Of a stretch of 64,000 nucleotides of DNA, positions 44,765 to 52,900 are shown piece by piece; the stretch's first letter is position 1, and each line of letters begins with the position of its first letter. The position numbers and the translations under genes are program-made. The DNA comes from Minisyncoccota bacterium. Its GTDB lineage: Bacteria > Patescibacteriota > Microgenomatia > PFEM01 > JAFGMK01. The stretch spans positions 37,942 to 101,941 of the forward strand of contig JAFGMK010000006.1 in the NCBI GenBank assembly GCA_016927565.1, written 5' to 3'. Below the pieces are notes generated by a model that was given only the letters and a program-made list of their open reading frames with translations, was not told the origin of the DNA and did no database searches.

Positions 44765-45580
44765 GCCATTTAAAACTTCTATACACCCCTGGGGTGTCTT
44801 AAGTTGGCACCCCCGGGAAATTTTTAGTTAGTCTTCCATGAACAGATGCTTTATCTCCTCTAATCTTCTTTGGTAATCAGCTTGATCCAGAACAAATTTT
44901 CGGTAATCATTTCTATTTCTGGAACGATCAAGAATTACTCCCTGGTCACAAAGCCCAAGTTCTTTTTTTCCAAGATACTCGGGAAAAGAAGAATATGGGT
45001 ATTCCGTCAGCTGATTTCTATCTTTTAACAAATAAGCGGAAAAGGGGTTTAGATGGATATATCTTGAAAGATGGAGAAGTTGGGCTTCGGTTTCCACTCT
45101 GACTGCCTTAAATCTTCCCTGAAACAAAGGGCCGATTCTTTTCCTTTTAGTGTTAAAATATTTGGTATAGCTGTTGGCTATCTGACTAATAAATTCTTTA
45201 ATTCCGTCTTCCCTCTCTTGTTTTAAAAGAAAGTGAAAATGATTAGGCATTAAGCAAAAGGCAATAATTTTCACTAAATAATTTTGCTTTTCTTCTACCT
45301 TCTCCCAAAGGAGTTGTCTTTCCTTTTTAGGCAAAAGCAAAAACTTAGAATATCTTAAGGGAAAATCGGATCGACGATAAAAATCAATTACTTTTAACAT
45401 CCGCTTATAGTCCCGGGTGCTAAGGAAAATAGGCTGAAAGGCCACGCCCCGATTAAAAACATGATAAAACTCACCGGTTACCAGGGGTATTCTTGGGTTG
45501 GTCATATACTTCTTAAGTTATGCCAAAAATCCTGAGGTGTCAATAGAAATACACCCCAGGGGTGTATATTTCAGGGATTG
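44765..45580. mobile_element. IS200/IS605-family or RAYT-like element: a Y1 HUH transposase gene flanked by inverted 18-nt identical palindromes
   Basis: TATACACCCCTGGGGTGT occurs on the plus strand at 44779-44796. Its reverse complement occurs at 45551-45568. Each is itself a palindromic hairpin. Confidence 0.6.
44828..45505 (-). CDS. IS200/IS605-family Y1 (HUH) transposase, REP-associated tyrosine transposase-like
   Basis: YHVFNRG, the HUH motif MPNHFHFLL, a catalytic Tyr region SYTKYFN, and GPLFQGRF...YIHLNPF. 225 aa is long for IS200 TnpA and closer to RAYT size. Confidence 0.7.
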   Translation of the reverse strand: MTNPRIPLVTGEFYHVFNRGVAFQPIFLSTRDYKRMLKVIDFYRRSDFPLRYSKFLLLPKKERQLLWEKVEEKQNYLVKIIAFCLMPNHFHFLLKQEREDGIKEFISQIANSYTKYFNTKRKRIGPLFQGRFKAVRVETEAQLLHLSRYIHLNPFSAYLLKDRNQLTEYPYSSFPEYLGKKELGLCDQGVILDRSRNRNDYRKFVLDQADYQRRLEEIKHLFMED

Positions 45581-45633
45581 AGACTCGGCACAAAAGAGCC
45601 TATACTTGTAATTAATTAGTTTCTTTATTTCTA

Positions 45634-47079
45634 ATGCACACTTACAGCGTTTCCCTAGCTCAAAAAATCCCTGAAGAGCAACAAGCCCGCAATCAAGCAC
45701 AAGAATTAGTCAACAAACTTCAAAAAGCAGAAGAACAAATCAAACTCCAATTAACGGATTTGTCAGAAAAAAACCGGGTTTTAGCCGCGCTAAGACGATT
45801 AAACCTAATCATTATGGAATCTTTGGAGATGGAAAGTTTGTGCCAAAAAATTGTTGACACTCTTTCTGTGGAGTTAAAGTGCAGCTTTGGCCTGATCGGC
45901 ATAATTGATGAAACCAGAAATCGATTTTATTTCAAAGCGATTAATAAAGATTCGCGCCTGGCCCGGCTTTTTCGGCAAAAGCATATCAAAATTGAAGAGA
46001 GCTATCTCTCACTTGAAGAAAAAAATAATTCAATTAATCAAAGCATCAGTCTTAAAAAGAAAATTTCGGCTAAAAAAATCGCTGACATTCTTTGTCCTCT
46101 TTTCCCCCGAAAAAAACTCCAAGGCTGGCAAAAGATAGTAAAAATTTCAACTTGCCGGATTTATCCGATTATTTCCAAAACCAATGTTTTGGGAGCGATG
46201 GTGTTCGGCTGGAAAAAAGCGAAACACAAAATTTCCCCGGAAGAGAAAGATTTGATGAAAAATGTGATTGACCAAACCAGCATTGCCCTGGACAATACCA
46301 TTCTTTACCAAAAACTAAAACGGAGCGTTAGTCAACTCAAGCAAGCCAATCTGAAACTTCAGGATTTAGACCGGATGAAGAATGAATTTGTTTCAATTGC
46401 ATCTCACGAACTCAGAACCCCGATGACTTCGGTCAACAATTATATTTGGATGGTGCTTCGCGGCAAGGGCGGGCAGATTACCACCAGACAACGCTTTTAT
46501 CTGGACCGGGCCGCGACCTCAACCCAAAGACTGATCAATCTGGTTGAAGACATGCTGACCGTTTCCCGAATTGAAGGCGGCAAACTGGAAATCAACCTTA
46601 AGCCGGGGAGTATTTTAAAAATCGGCAAAAATGTCATTGAAGAACTAAAGCCCAAAGCCAGAGAAAAGAAGATCAAATTATTTCTGGAATTACCAAAAAA
46701 GGAACTTCCCCTGGCCTTAATCGACCAAGAAAAGATTAAAGAAGTTTTCATCAATTTGGTTGACAATGCCCTTAAATTCACTCCGGTCGGGGGCCAAGTA
46801 AAAGTCACTTTCAATCTCAAAGGCAAAATGATCCTAATCCAAATTACCGATACCGGCCGAGGCATTCCTAAAAATGATATTCCTAAACTTTTCAAAAAAT
46901 TCGGCCGGCTGGACCGTTCTTTTGTCACTATCGCCGAAACCGGCGGCACCGGCCTGGGCCTTTATATCTGCAAACAAATCATCGATCTTCACCGAGGCCG
47001 AATCGGGGTCAGGTCGATTCCGGACAAAGGGTCTTGTTTTTACTTTAATATAAAAATTGCAGAGGAGGTGAAAAAATGA
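45634..47079 (+). CDS. sensor histidine kinase (GAF-like N-terminus plus HisKA plus HATPase_c)
   Basis: H-box IASHELRTPMTSV and a G-box GGTGLGLYICKQII. Overlaps the downstream receiver gene (ATGA). Confidence 0.8.
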   Translation: MHTYSVSLAQKIPEEQQARNQAQELVNKLQKAEEQIKLQLTDLSEKNRVLAALRRLNLIIMESLEMESLCQKIVDTLSVELKCSFGLIGIIDETRNRFYFKAINKDSRLARLFRQKHIKIEESYLSLEEKNNSINQSISLKKKISAKKIADILCPLFPRKKLQGWQKIVKISTCRIYPIISKTNVLGAMVFGWKKAKHKISPEEKDLMKNVIDQTSIALDNTILYQKLKRSVSQLKQANLKLQDLDRMKNEFVSIASHELRTPMTSVNNYIWMVLRGKGGQITTRQRFYLDRAATSTQRLINLVEDMLTVSRIEGGKLEINLKPGSILKIGKNVIEELKPKAREKKIKLFLELPKKELPLALIDQEKIKEVFINLVDNALKFTPVGGQVKVTFNLKGKMILIQITDTGRGIPKNDIPKLFKKFGRLDRSFVTIAETGGTGLGLYICKQIIDLHRGRIGVRSIPDKGSCFYFNIKIAEEVKK

Positions 47080-47444
47080 AAAAAATATTATTGGTTGAGG
47101 ACGAACAATTCTTAAGTGACTTATATGCTGAAGTTTTAAAAGCGGAAGGCTTTTCAGTTGAAACGGCTCACGACGGCCAAAAAGGCTATGAGACCATGAA
47201 AAAAAGCAGCTTTGACCTGGTTCTCCTGGATATCATGCTGCCAAAAATGGACGGAATTGATATTTTGAACCGCCTGAAAAAGGAAAAAAAGCTAAAGCTC
47301 AATAAACACATTATTTTACTGACCAACCTTTCCGGAGAAGCGGTCTTAAGAAAAAAGGGGCATATCGAAGTTGACGAATATCTTATCAAAAGCTCTCTTA
47401 CGCCTGATATTTTAGTAGAAAAAGTGAAAGAATATCTGAAGTAG
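47076..47444 (+). CDS. stand-alone receiver-domain protein
   Basis: KILLVEDEQFL...DLVLLDIMLPKMDG. 122 aa with no output domain. Confidence 0.8.
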   Translation: MKKILLVEDEQFLSDLYAEVLKAEGFSVETAHDGQKGYETMKKSSFDLVLLDIMLPKMDGIDILNRLKKEKKLKLNKHIILLTNLSGEAVLRKKGHIEVDEYLIKSSLTPDILVEKVKEYLK

Positions 47445-47461
47445 CCGTTAAGCGTCGGCTG

Positions 47462-47839
47462 TCAGTTCTCGGAGGATAAAAAAACCTCCACTTCAGCTAA
47501 AATCTCATCCGGTTTTAGAGCCTGTTTCATTAAATAGCCATTGGCCCCCAAACGCATGGCCCTTTTGATAAATTTATCCTGATTCAAAACCGTCAGCATG
47601 ACAATTTTTTGATTGCTGATCGGAGGACTAAGTTGTTTCAGCTGAAAAAGAAGGGAAATGCCGTCTTTTTTGGGCAGCATGATGTCAAGCAGAATTAGAT
47701 CATAACCCCCCCGGGAAGCCAAATCAAACCCGGCTTGGCCGTCGCTGGCTGTTTCAACCTGATAACCTTGCTGTTTGAAAAGAAGTTCGTAAAGTTCCCT
47801 CGTAAAACGATCATCTTCAACCAGAAGAAGTTTATACAT
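47462..47839 (-). CDS. stand-alone receiver-domain protein (tandem paralogue 1)
   Basis: MYKLLLVEDDRFTRELY...DLILLDIMLPKKDG. Start taken at the ATG at 47839. The ORF track starts it at a GTG at 47863. Confidence 0.7.
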   Translation of the reverse strand: MYKLLLVEDDRFTRELYELLFKQQGYQVETASDGQAGFDLASRGGYDLILLDIMLPKKDGISLLFQLKQLSPPISNQKIVMLTVLNQDKFIKRAMRLGANGYLMKQALKPDEILAEVEVFLSSEN

Positions 47840-47859
47840 TTTAAAAAAGATGATAACAA

Positions 47860-48234
47860 TCACTCCGTCTTTAAAAAGACGGCTATCTCAGCCAAAACCT
47901 CATCCGGCCTCAGGGCTGATTTCATCAGATAGCCATGAGCTCCCATTCGCAAGGCGTTTTTAATAAACTCATCCTGATTCAAAACCGTCAGCATGACAAT
48001 TTTTTTATTTTTTTTCTTAGCCGGAATTTCTTTTATTTTTCTCAGAAAAGTCAAACCGTCAATCTTGGGCATAATGATATCCAGCAGGATTAGATCAAAC
48101 CCGCCTTCAATTGCCTTAGCAAGACCGGCTGCCCCGTCTTCAGCTACTTCCAAATCATAACCCTCTCCTTTTAAAAGAGTTTCATATAGCTCGCGGGTGA
48201 AACGATCGTCCTCAATTAAAAGTATCCTGACCAT
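47860..48234 (-). CDS. stand-alone receiver-domain protein (tandem paralogue 2)
   Basis: MVRILLIEDDRFTRELY...DLILLDIIMPKIDG. Roughly half identical to its neighbour by eye. Start taken at the ATG at 48234. The ORF track uses a TTG at 48270. Confidence 0.7.
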   Translation of the reverse strand: MVRILLIEDDRFTRELYETLLKGEGYDLEVAEDGAAGLAKAIEGGFDLILLDIIMPKIDGLTFLRKIKEIPAKKKNKKIVMLTVLNQDEFIKNALRMGAHGYLMKSALRPDEVLAEIAVFLKTE

Positions 48235-48301
48235 TAAATTTAATATAACATTCTTTAGAAAGCCGATCAAGGTAAATTACTCGCACTCTTTAACAAAGAT
48301 A

Positions 48302-48338
48302 ACGATTCCGGATCGTCTGCAGATTTTGATCCGGGATC
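48302..48338. repeat. dispersed palindromic repeat, copy 4
   Basis: CGATTCCGGATCGTCTGCAGATTTTGATCCGGGATCA, with AAAGATAACG on the left and GCCTGGAATTGTCAAAGAA on the right. Confidence 0.75.
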
Positions 48339-48427
48339 AAGTGAGCCTGGAATTGTCAAAGAAACTAAGTAAAGACCAATCAAGATAATCTTGGCAAAAA
48401 ATAAAATTTATAGTATGATGAAAAATA

Positions 48428-48703
48428 ATGGATGAAAACAAAATAGCCATTCTGTTTCATGATTTACTCGGGCCAGCTTCATCAATCAGAAATTTCTTGT
48501 ATTTTGTCCTTACCAAGAAAGGGAAGAGCTTGGATAAAAAAACAGAATATTTTATCAAGGCATCCTTAGAATCCTCGGAAATTTTAATTAAAAGACTCCA
48601 ATCTCTCCACCAAAATTGGACCGAGGCCTGCAATCCGATTGATGACTCTTCAAAAAAAGAGCCAGCCTCCCAAGAGAAAACAATAAATTCCAAAAAGCCA
48701 TAG
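48428..48703 (+). CDS. small DHp/HisKA-like protein, possibly a phosphotransfer protein or kinase fragment
   Basis: IAILFHDLLGPASSIRNFL resembles the H-box of HisKA (SHELRTPL..I). 91 aa with no ATPase domain. Its 3' end overlaps the convergent uppP gene. Confidence 0.35.
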   Translation: MDENKIAILFHDLLGPASSIRNFLYFVLTKKGKSLDKKTEYFIKASLESSEILIKRLQSLHQNWTEACNPIDDSSKKEPASQEKTINSKKP

Positions 48704-49414
48704 TTTATTACTGACCAAAACCAGCCTCAAAGCCTTCAGGCTGAAATAACCCACAACTCCGGCTACCACCAATCCGACTCCTCCTTGAATAAGGACTTCA
48801 GAGGGTAATCCCAAAAGTTGGGGAAGTTTTAAAAAAAAAGCCCCGGTTACGGCCGGAACAGCCAAAAGAAAAGAAAAGTCAAAAGCAGCTGAAGGAGACA
48901 ATCCTTGACCCAAGCCGGCGGCAAGAGTTGCTCCGGAGCGGGAAACCCCGGGAAAAACCGCCAAACCCTGGAAAAACCCGATTAGTAAAATTTCCCGCCA
49001 GTTTAATTGACTTAACTCTTTTTTTCTTTTACCATTGACAGTAGAAAAAAGGAAAAAGGCTGTTAATAAAAGCATCAGGCCCACCAACCTAACGGAATTA
49101 AAAATAACCTCTTCGAAAAAGGAAACTCCCAGACCTATCAGAACAGCCGGCGCCGTTCCTAAAATCAGCTGGCCAATCAATCTCAACTGTTCCTTATCGC
49201 CTCTCAGCAAACCTTCAAGGATTCGCCTTAGTCTTTTTTTTAAAAAAAATATCACTGCTCCTAAGGTACCGATATGAAGAGTGATATCAAACCAAATCGG
49301 AGGATCAAGATTAAAAATCTTTTGGAAAATCACCAAATGACCCGAAGAAGAAATCGGCAAAAACTCAGTCAAGCCCTGAATGACACTTAGGAAAATAGCT
49401 TGGGGAAAGCTCAT
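48650..49414 (-). CDS. uppP: undecaprenyl-diphosphatase UppP (BacA)
   Basis: MSFPQAIFLSVIQGLTEFLPISSSGHL. Eight-TM UppP-type architecture. Confidence 0.85.
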   Translation of the reverse strand: MSFPQAIFLSVIQGLTEFLPISSSGHLVIFQKIFNLDPPIWFDITLHIGTLGAVIFFLKKRLRRILEGLLRGDKEQLRLIGQLILGTAPAVLIGLGVSFFEEVIFNSVRLVGLMLLLTAFFLFSTVNGKRKKELSQLNWREILLIGFFQGLAVFPGVSRSGATLAAGLGQGLSPSAAFDFSFLLAVPAVTGAFFLKLPQLLGLPSEVLIQGGVGLVVAGVVGYFSLKALRLVLVSNKLWLFGIYCFLLGGWLFF

Positions 49415-49571
49415 TAGCCTATTTTACTAAATTTTATCCCGGGGTGTCGACCCGAAAAGCGGTTCAAAATGATTACTCAGGCTTTTTTGATATCTATTTA
49501 GAATCCGGGGTGAGATTGTCACAGCTATGGCTGAATCACACATTCCGAAATGTAATATGCGAAAGCATTTT

Positions 49572-49600
49572 TTGCCAAAAAAAACCCGGCTTGGTATAAT
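49572..49600 (+). promoter_or_regulatory. sigma-70-type promoter of rnpB (TTGCCA -17- TATAAT)
   Basis: Perfect -10 TATAAT at 49595-49600. A -35 TTGCCA sits at 49572-49577 with 17-bp spacing. The RNA 5' end lies ~7 nt downstream. Confidence 0.55.
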
Positions 49601-49606
49601 CAGTTT

Positions 49607-49939
49607 AATCTGGGAGGCTGGCAGCAAGTCCGATATTATGTCGGACAGGAAAGTCCAGACAGCTGAAAGCAGGGTGTCCCAATGTAAAATTGGGAGCGGG
49701 TTGAAATTTCGACCCGACAGACAGGACCACAGAGACAACGACTCAGCCCCGCATCTTGCGGAGCAAGAGGGTGAAAAGAGGCAACCCTCCCCGCTGCAAC
49801 CTCCGACCGGCACGTTCGAGGACGCTTTCCCAAGTCCGGGGTAATACCCGGACACGCGCCAAAGATAGAGGGCATCAGACAGATAGCTGCAAATCGAAAT
49901 TTCGATCGAACAGAATCTGGCTTACACGCTTCCCAGATT
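49607..49939 (+). ncRNA. rnpB: RNase P RNA (bacterial type)
   Basis: GGAAAGTCCAGACAG (P4 5' strand), AAGAGGGTGAAA, and the near-3' ACAGAATCTGGCTTAC (consensus ACAGAAyCCGGCTTA). A P1 stem pairs AATCTGGGAGGC with GCTTCCCAGATT. About 330 nt. The overlapping ORF-track ORFs are spurious. Confidence 0.75.
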
Positions 49940-49941
49940 AA

Positions 49942-50928
49942 TTATTGTTTGGGAAAATAATCAGAAGTCCTAATTTCATGCGCCGCTTCCTGCAAAACTA
50001 AAAAAGTGGGCACTGCCAAAACAGCCCCCCCGATCCCCCCTAATTTAATTCCCACCGATAAGGCAATAATCACCAGCAAAGGATTAATTCCCAGATTTTT
50101 ACCCATCACCTTCGGCACGATAATACTATTTTCAATTTCCTGAATCAGGATATATAAAGCTGCCACCGCCACCCCGTGAAAAGAAGAAATTGTAAGGCCA
50201 AAAATAACTGCCGGCACCGCCGACATCGTCGGCCCAATGCTGGGAATAAGCTCCAAAATTCCGGCTAAAACCGCCAAGGGAAGGCAAAAATCGACTCCGA
50301 CCAATCTTAAACCAATGTAAGACATCACTCCGATAATCGTCATTAAAAAAATTTCTGCTCTGACCCAGCTTCCCAAACGCTTTTCCAATCTCCGGACAAA
50401 CTGACTCGCCCGATCCAAGCTGTTATTGCTAAAGAGAAGTTCCAGGTATTTACCCAGGTTTTTTCTCTCCATCAAAAGATAAAAGGTAATCACTGCCTGA
50501 AAAATAATCTTAAAAAGATTCTGGAAAATATTAATCGTCAATTTAAGCAAAGTTTCGGGTAATGAGGCTAACTGAGCGAATTGGGATAAAACCACTTCCT
50601 TGTCAAGCCAGGGTAAATTAACCTGCTCAATGTAACCGGGAATCTGATCAATCAAAATTGCCGTCTGTTCGACCAGGGGCGGCACTAAACCGGCAATTAC
50701 CAAACTGAAAAAGGTAAAAAAGACGATATAGATCAGCAAGATTGCCAACGGCCGGGGGATTTTAACCTTTTCCATTTTTTCGACGGTTGGATTTAAAGCC
50801 GCCATCAAAATAAAAGCCACAAATAAGGTAAAAATTATTTCCCTTATTTGATATAAAAACCAAATGCCAAGAAGAAAGGCAACGCTGAAAATAATTGTCC
50901 GGTGGGAAATTTCAATTTTTCTGGGCAT
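49942..50928 (-). CDS. AI-2E family transporter (PerM/UPF0118)
   Basis: 328 aa with eight TM helices and the characteristic N-terminal RTIIFSVAFLLGIWFLYQIREII region. Confidence 0.75.
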   Translation of the reverse strand: MPRKIEISHRTIIFSVAFLLGIWFLYQIREIIFTLFVAFILMAALNPTVEKMEKVKIPRPLAILLIYIVFFTFFSLVIAGLVPPLVEQTAILIDQIPGYIEQVNLPWLDKEVVLSQFAQLASLPETLLKLTINIFQNLFKIIFQAVITFYLLMERKNLGKYLELLFSNNSLDRASQFVRRLEKRLGSWVRAEIFLMTIIGVMSYIGLRLVGVDFCLPLAVLAGILELIPSIGPTMSAVPAVIFGLTISSFHGVAVAALYILIQEIENSIIVPKVMGKNLGINPLLVIIALSVGIKLGGIGGAVLAVPTFLVLQEAAHEIRTSDYFPKQ

Positions 50929-51058
50929 ATTTAGCTTCTTCCTAATATATCATACTTTCTTCCTTTTTGCTGTTTCTGAATCCAAGTGATAAAATAATCA
51001 AGGCAAACTAAAAAAATTCCCTTTCGGCTGATTAGAAAACAAAATTTTAAAAAAGCGC

Positions 51059-51766
51059 ATGAAAATTATTGTCAACCTGAGAAATATCAGCGGGGCAATT
51101 AAAAGCAAAATTTCTTTTTTAAAACCACTGGAAAGAAAGCTTATCCGTTTTTTAGTTCCCTTTGTTCCTCCCTGGCTGGAAACTTATCATCTGACTACCA
51201 TGACAATTCCCTTCGGCCTTATTCTGATCGCCGCCAGCTTTCTAGCCCGGCAAAATCTTAAATGGCTCTGGGTAAGCGGCTTAATGGTTTTTTGCCAATA
51301 TATCACCGATATTCTTGATGGAGAAATCGGCCGACAAAGAAAAACCGGCCTAATCAAATGGGGCTTTTATTTAGATCACTTTTTAGATTTTGTCTTTACT
51401 TCTCTGATTATCATCGGTTACGGAATTGTATTTCCTCAATATCGCTCGTTTTTAGAAATCCTTCTGATGGCCTTAAGCGGCCTTTTTATTCATGAAGCCC
51501 TGGCCTGCGTTTGTCTGGGAAAATATAATGTCGCCGGCTATTACGGCGTAGGCGCAACCGAAATAAGACTCCTAACCATTCTGAGTAATCTTCTGATTCC
51601 CTTCTTTCCTCAGGAAAAACTGAAAACAATTTTTTTAGTCATCTCAATTATTCTTCTGTCGGGTTTAGCGTTTCAGGTTTTCCGAACCCAAAAAAGACTC
51701 TGGCGGGAAGATATGGAAAAAAAAGAAGCTGCTGAAAAAAGATCCAAAAAGGCCGTCAAAAATTAA
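51059..51766 (+). CDS. CDP-alcohol phosphatidyltransferase family protein
   Basis: DILDGEIGRQRKTGLIKWGFYLDHFLDFV matches the D-G-x2-A/G-R...G...D...D motif. Multi-TM. Confidence 0.6.
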   Translation: MKIIVNLRNISGAIKSKISFLKPLERKLIRFLVPFVPPWLETYHLTTMTIPFGLILIAASFLARQNLKWLWVSGLMVFCQYITDILDGEIGRQRKTGLIKWGFYLDHFLDFVFTSLIIIGYGIVFPQYRSFLEILLMALSGLFIHEALACVCLGKYNVAGYYGVGATEIRLLTILSNLLIPFFPQEKLKTIFLVISIILLSGLAFQVFRTQKRLWREDMEKKEAAEKRSKKAVKN

Positions 51767-51769
51767 TAA

Positions 51770-52777
51770 TCATTTTGTAATCCAGGCGGCAATTTCATTT
51801 TCGATTTTTCTTTTCCGGGTTTTCTTGTCAGGATCAAACCAACAAACCCCCCGGATTTTTCTAAACCAAGTCAGTTGCCGCCGGGCATAGGCATGTTCGT
51901 CATATTGCCAGCGGCGGATAACTTCCTCTCTGGCCGCCCTTCTTTCAAAAAATAACCGCCATTCCTGATAACCCAGGGTTTTTCCCAAACTTGAATTTTG
52001 CCAATGATAACCTTTTACTAAGAGTTCTTTGATTTCTGCCTCTATTCCCTGACTGACTCTTGCTTTCACCCGCTGATCAATTCTTTGATAAAGAACCGGT
52101 AACGGCGCTTTCAGCCCCAATATCAGAATCCGATCAAATCTCAATTTTTTTATTTTTTTTTGATTCTTGTATTCCGACTTACCCCCCGCCGGCTGCCTGC
52201 TTTTTGCCACTTCCAGCGCCCGAATCAATCGCCGGGGATTCTGCCGATCAGACAAATTCATCAACCGCCAACGCGTGGAGTCAAGCCGCCTTAATTTCCT
52301 GGCCAGATCCGTTGTTTTCTGGTCTTTCAGCTTTTCCCTCAATCTCCAGTCCGGTTTTATTCCCAAAGTTCCGACTCCTTCGATCAGGCTTTTGATATAA
52401 AAACCGGTCCCTCCGACTATAATCGGCAATTTTTCCTGACGCCAAATATCTTTGATCACCAGATGAGCGCAAATTAACCAATCGGCAACAGTAAAACGAT
52501 AATCCGGCAGTACCAAATCGTAAAGCCAAACCGGAATGTTCCGGATCAGATAAAATCCTAATTGATATTTTTCATTTTTAATCCGCATTTCTGATCTTTG
52601 ATATTTAACATTTGATTTCGGGCCCAAATCTTTACCGGTTCCGATATCCATTCCTGAATAAACTTGTCTTGAGTCGGCCGAAATTATTTCCCCGTTAAAG
52701 CGTTTTGCCAAATCAATTCCCAGGCCGGTTTTGCCGGTTGCCGTCGGTCCGCAAATAACCAAAAGCTTTCTCAACAT
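51770..52777 (-). CDS. miaA: tRNA dimethylallyltransferase MiaA
   Basis: LVICGPTATGKTGLGIDLAKRFNGEIISADSRQVY. Confidence 0.9.
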   Translation of the reverse strand: MLRKLLVICGPTATGKTGLGIDLAKRFNGEIISADSRQVYSGMDIGTGKDLGPKSNVKYQRSEMRIKNEKYQLGFYLIRNIPVWLYDLVLPDYRFTVADWLICAHLVIKDIWRQEKLPIIVGGTGFYIKSLIEGVGTLGIKPDWRLREKLKDQKTTDLARKLRRLDSTRWRLMNLSDRQNPRRLIRALEVAKSRQPAGGKSEYKNQKKIKKLRFDRILILGLKAPLPVLYQRIDQRVKARVSQGIEAEIKELLVKGYHWQNSSLGKTLGYQEWRLFFERRAAREEVIRRWQYDEHAYARRQLTWFRKIRGVCWFDPDKKTRKRKIENEIAAWITK

Positions 52778-52900
52778 TGATCCTCCGGGCTTATTTTAAC
52801 AACTTCATCCCGGAGGGGAAATACGCAAGCTTCTCTTGATTGTCTGGCCGGAAGAAAACCCGCCCTTTCAAAAAGGAATAAAAAGGAATAAACTACAATT

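Noticed and set aside
49427-49941. ORF-track ORFs 49427-49855(-), 49527-49844(+), 49636-49875(-) and 49756-49941(+)
   Set aside because: They lie entirely within the RNase P RNA gene and its promoter. They are high-GC structured RNA read as protein.
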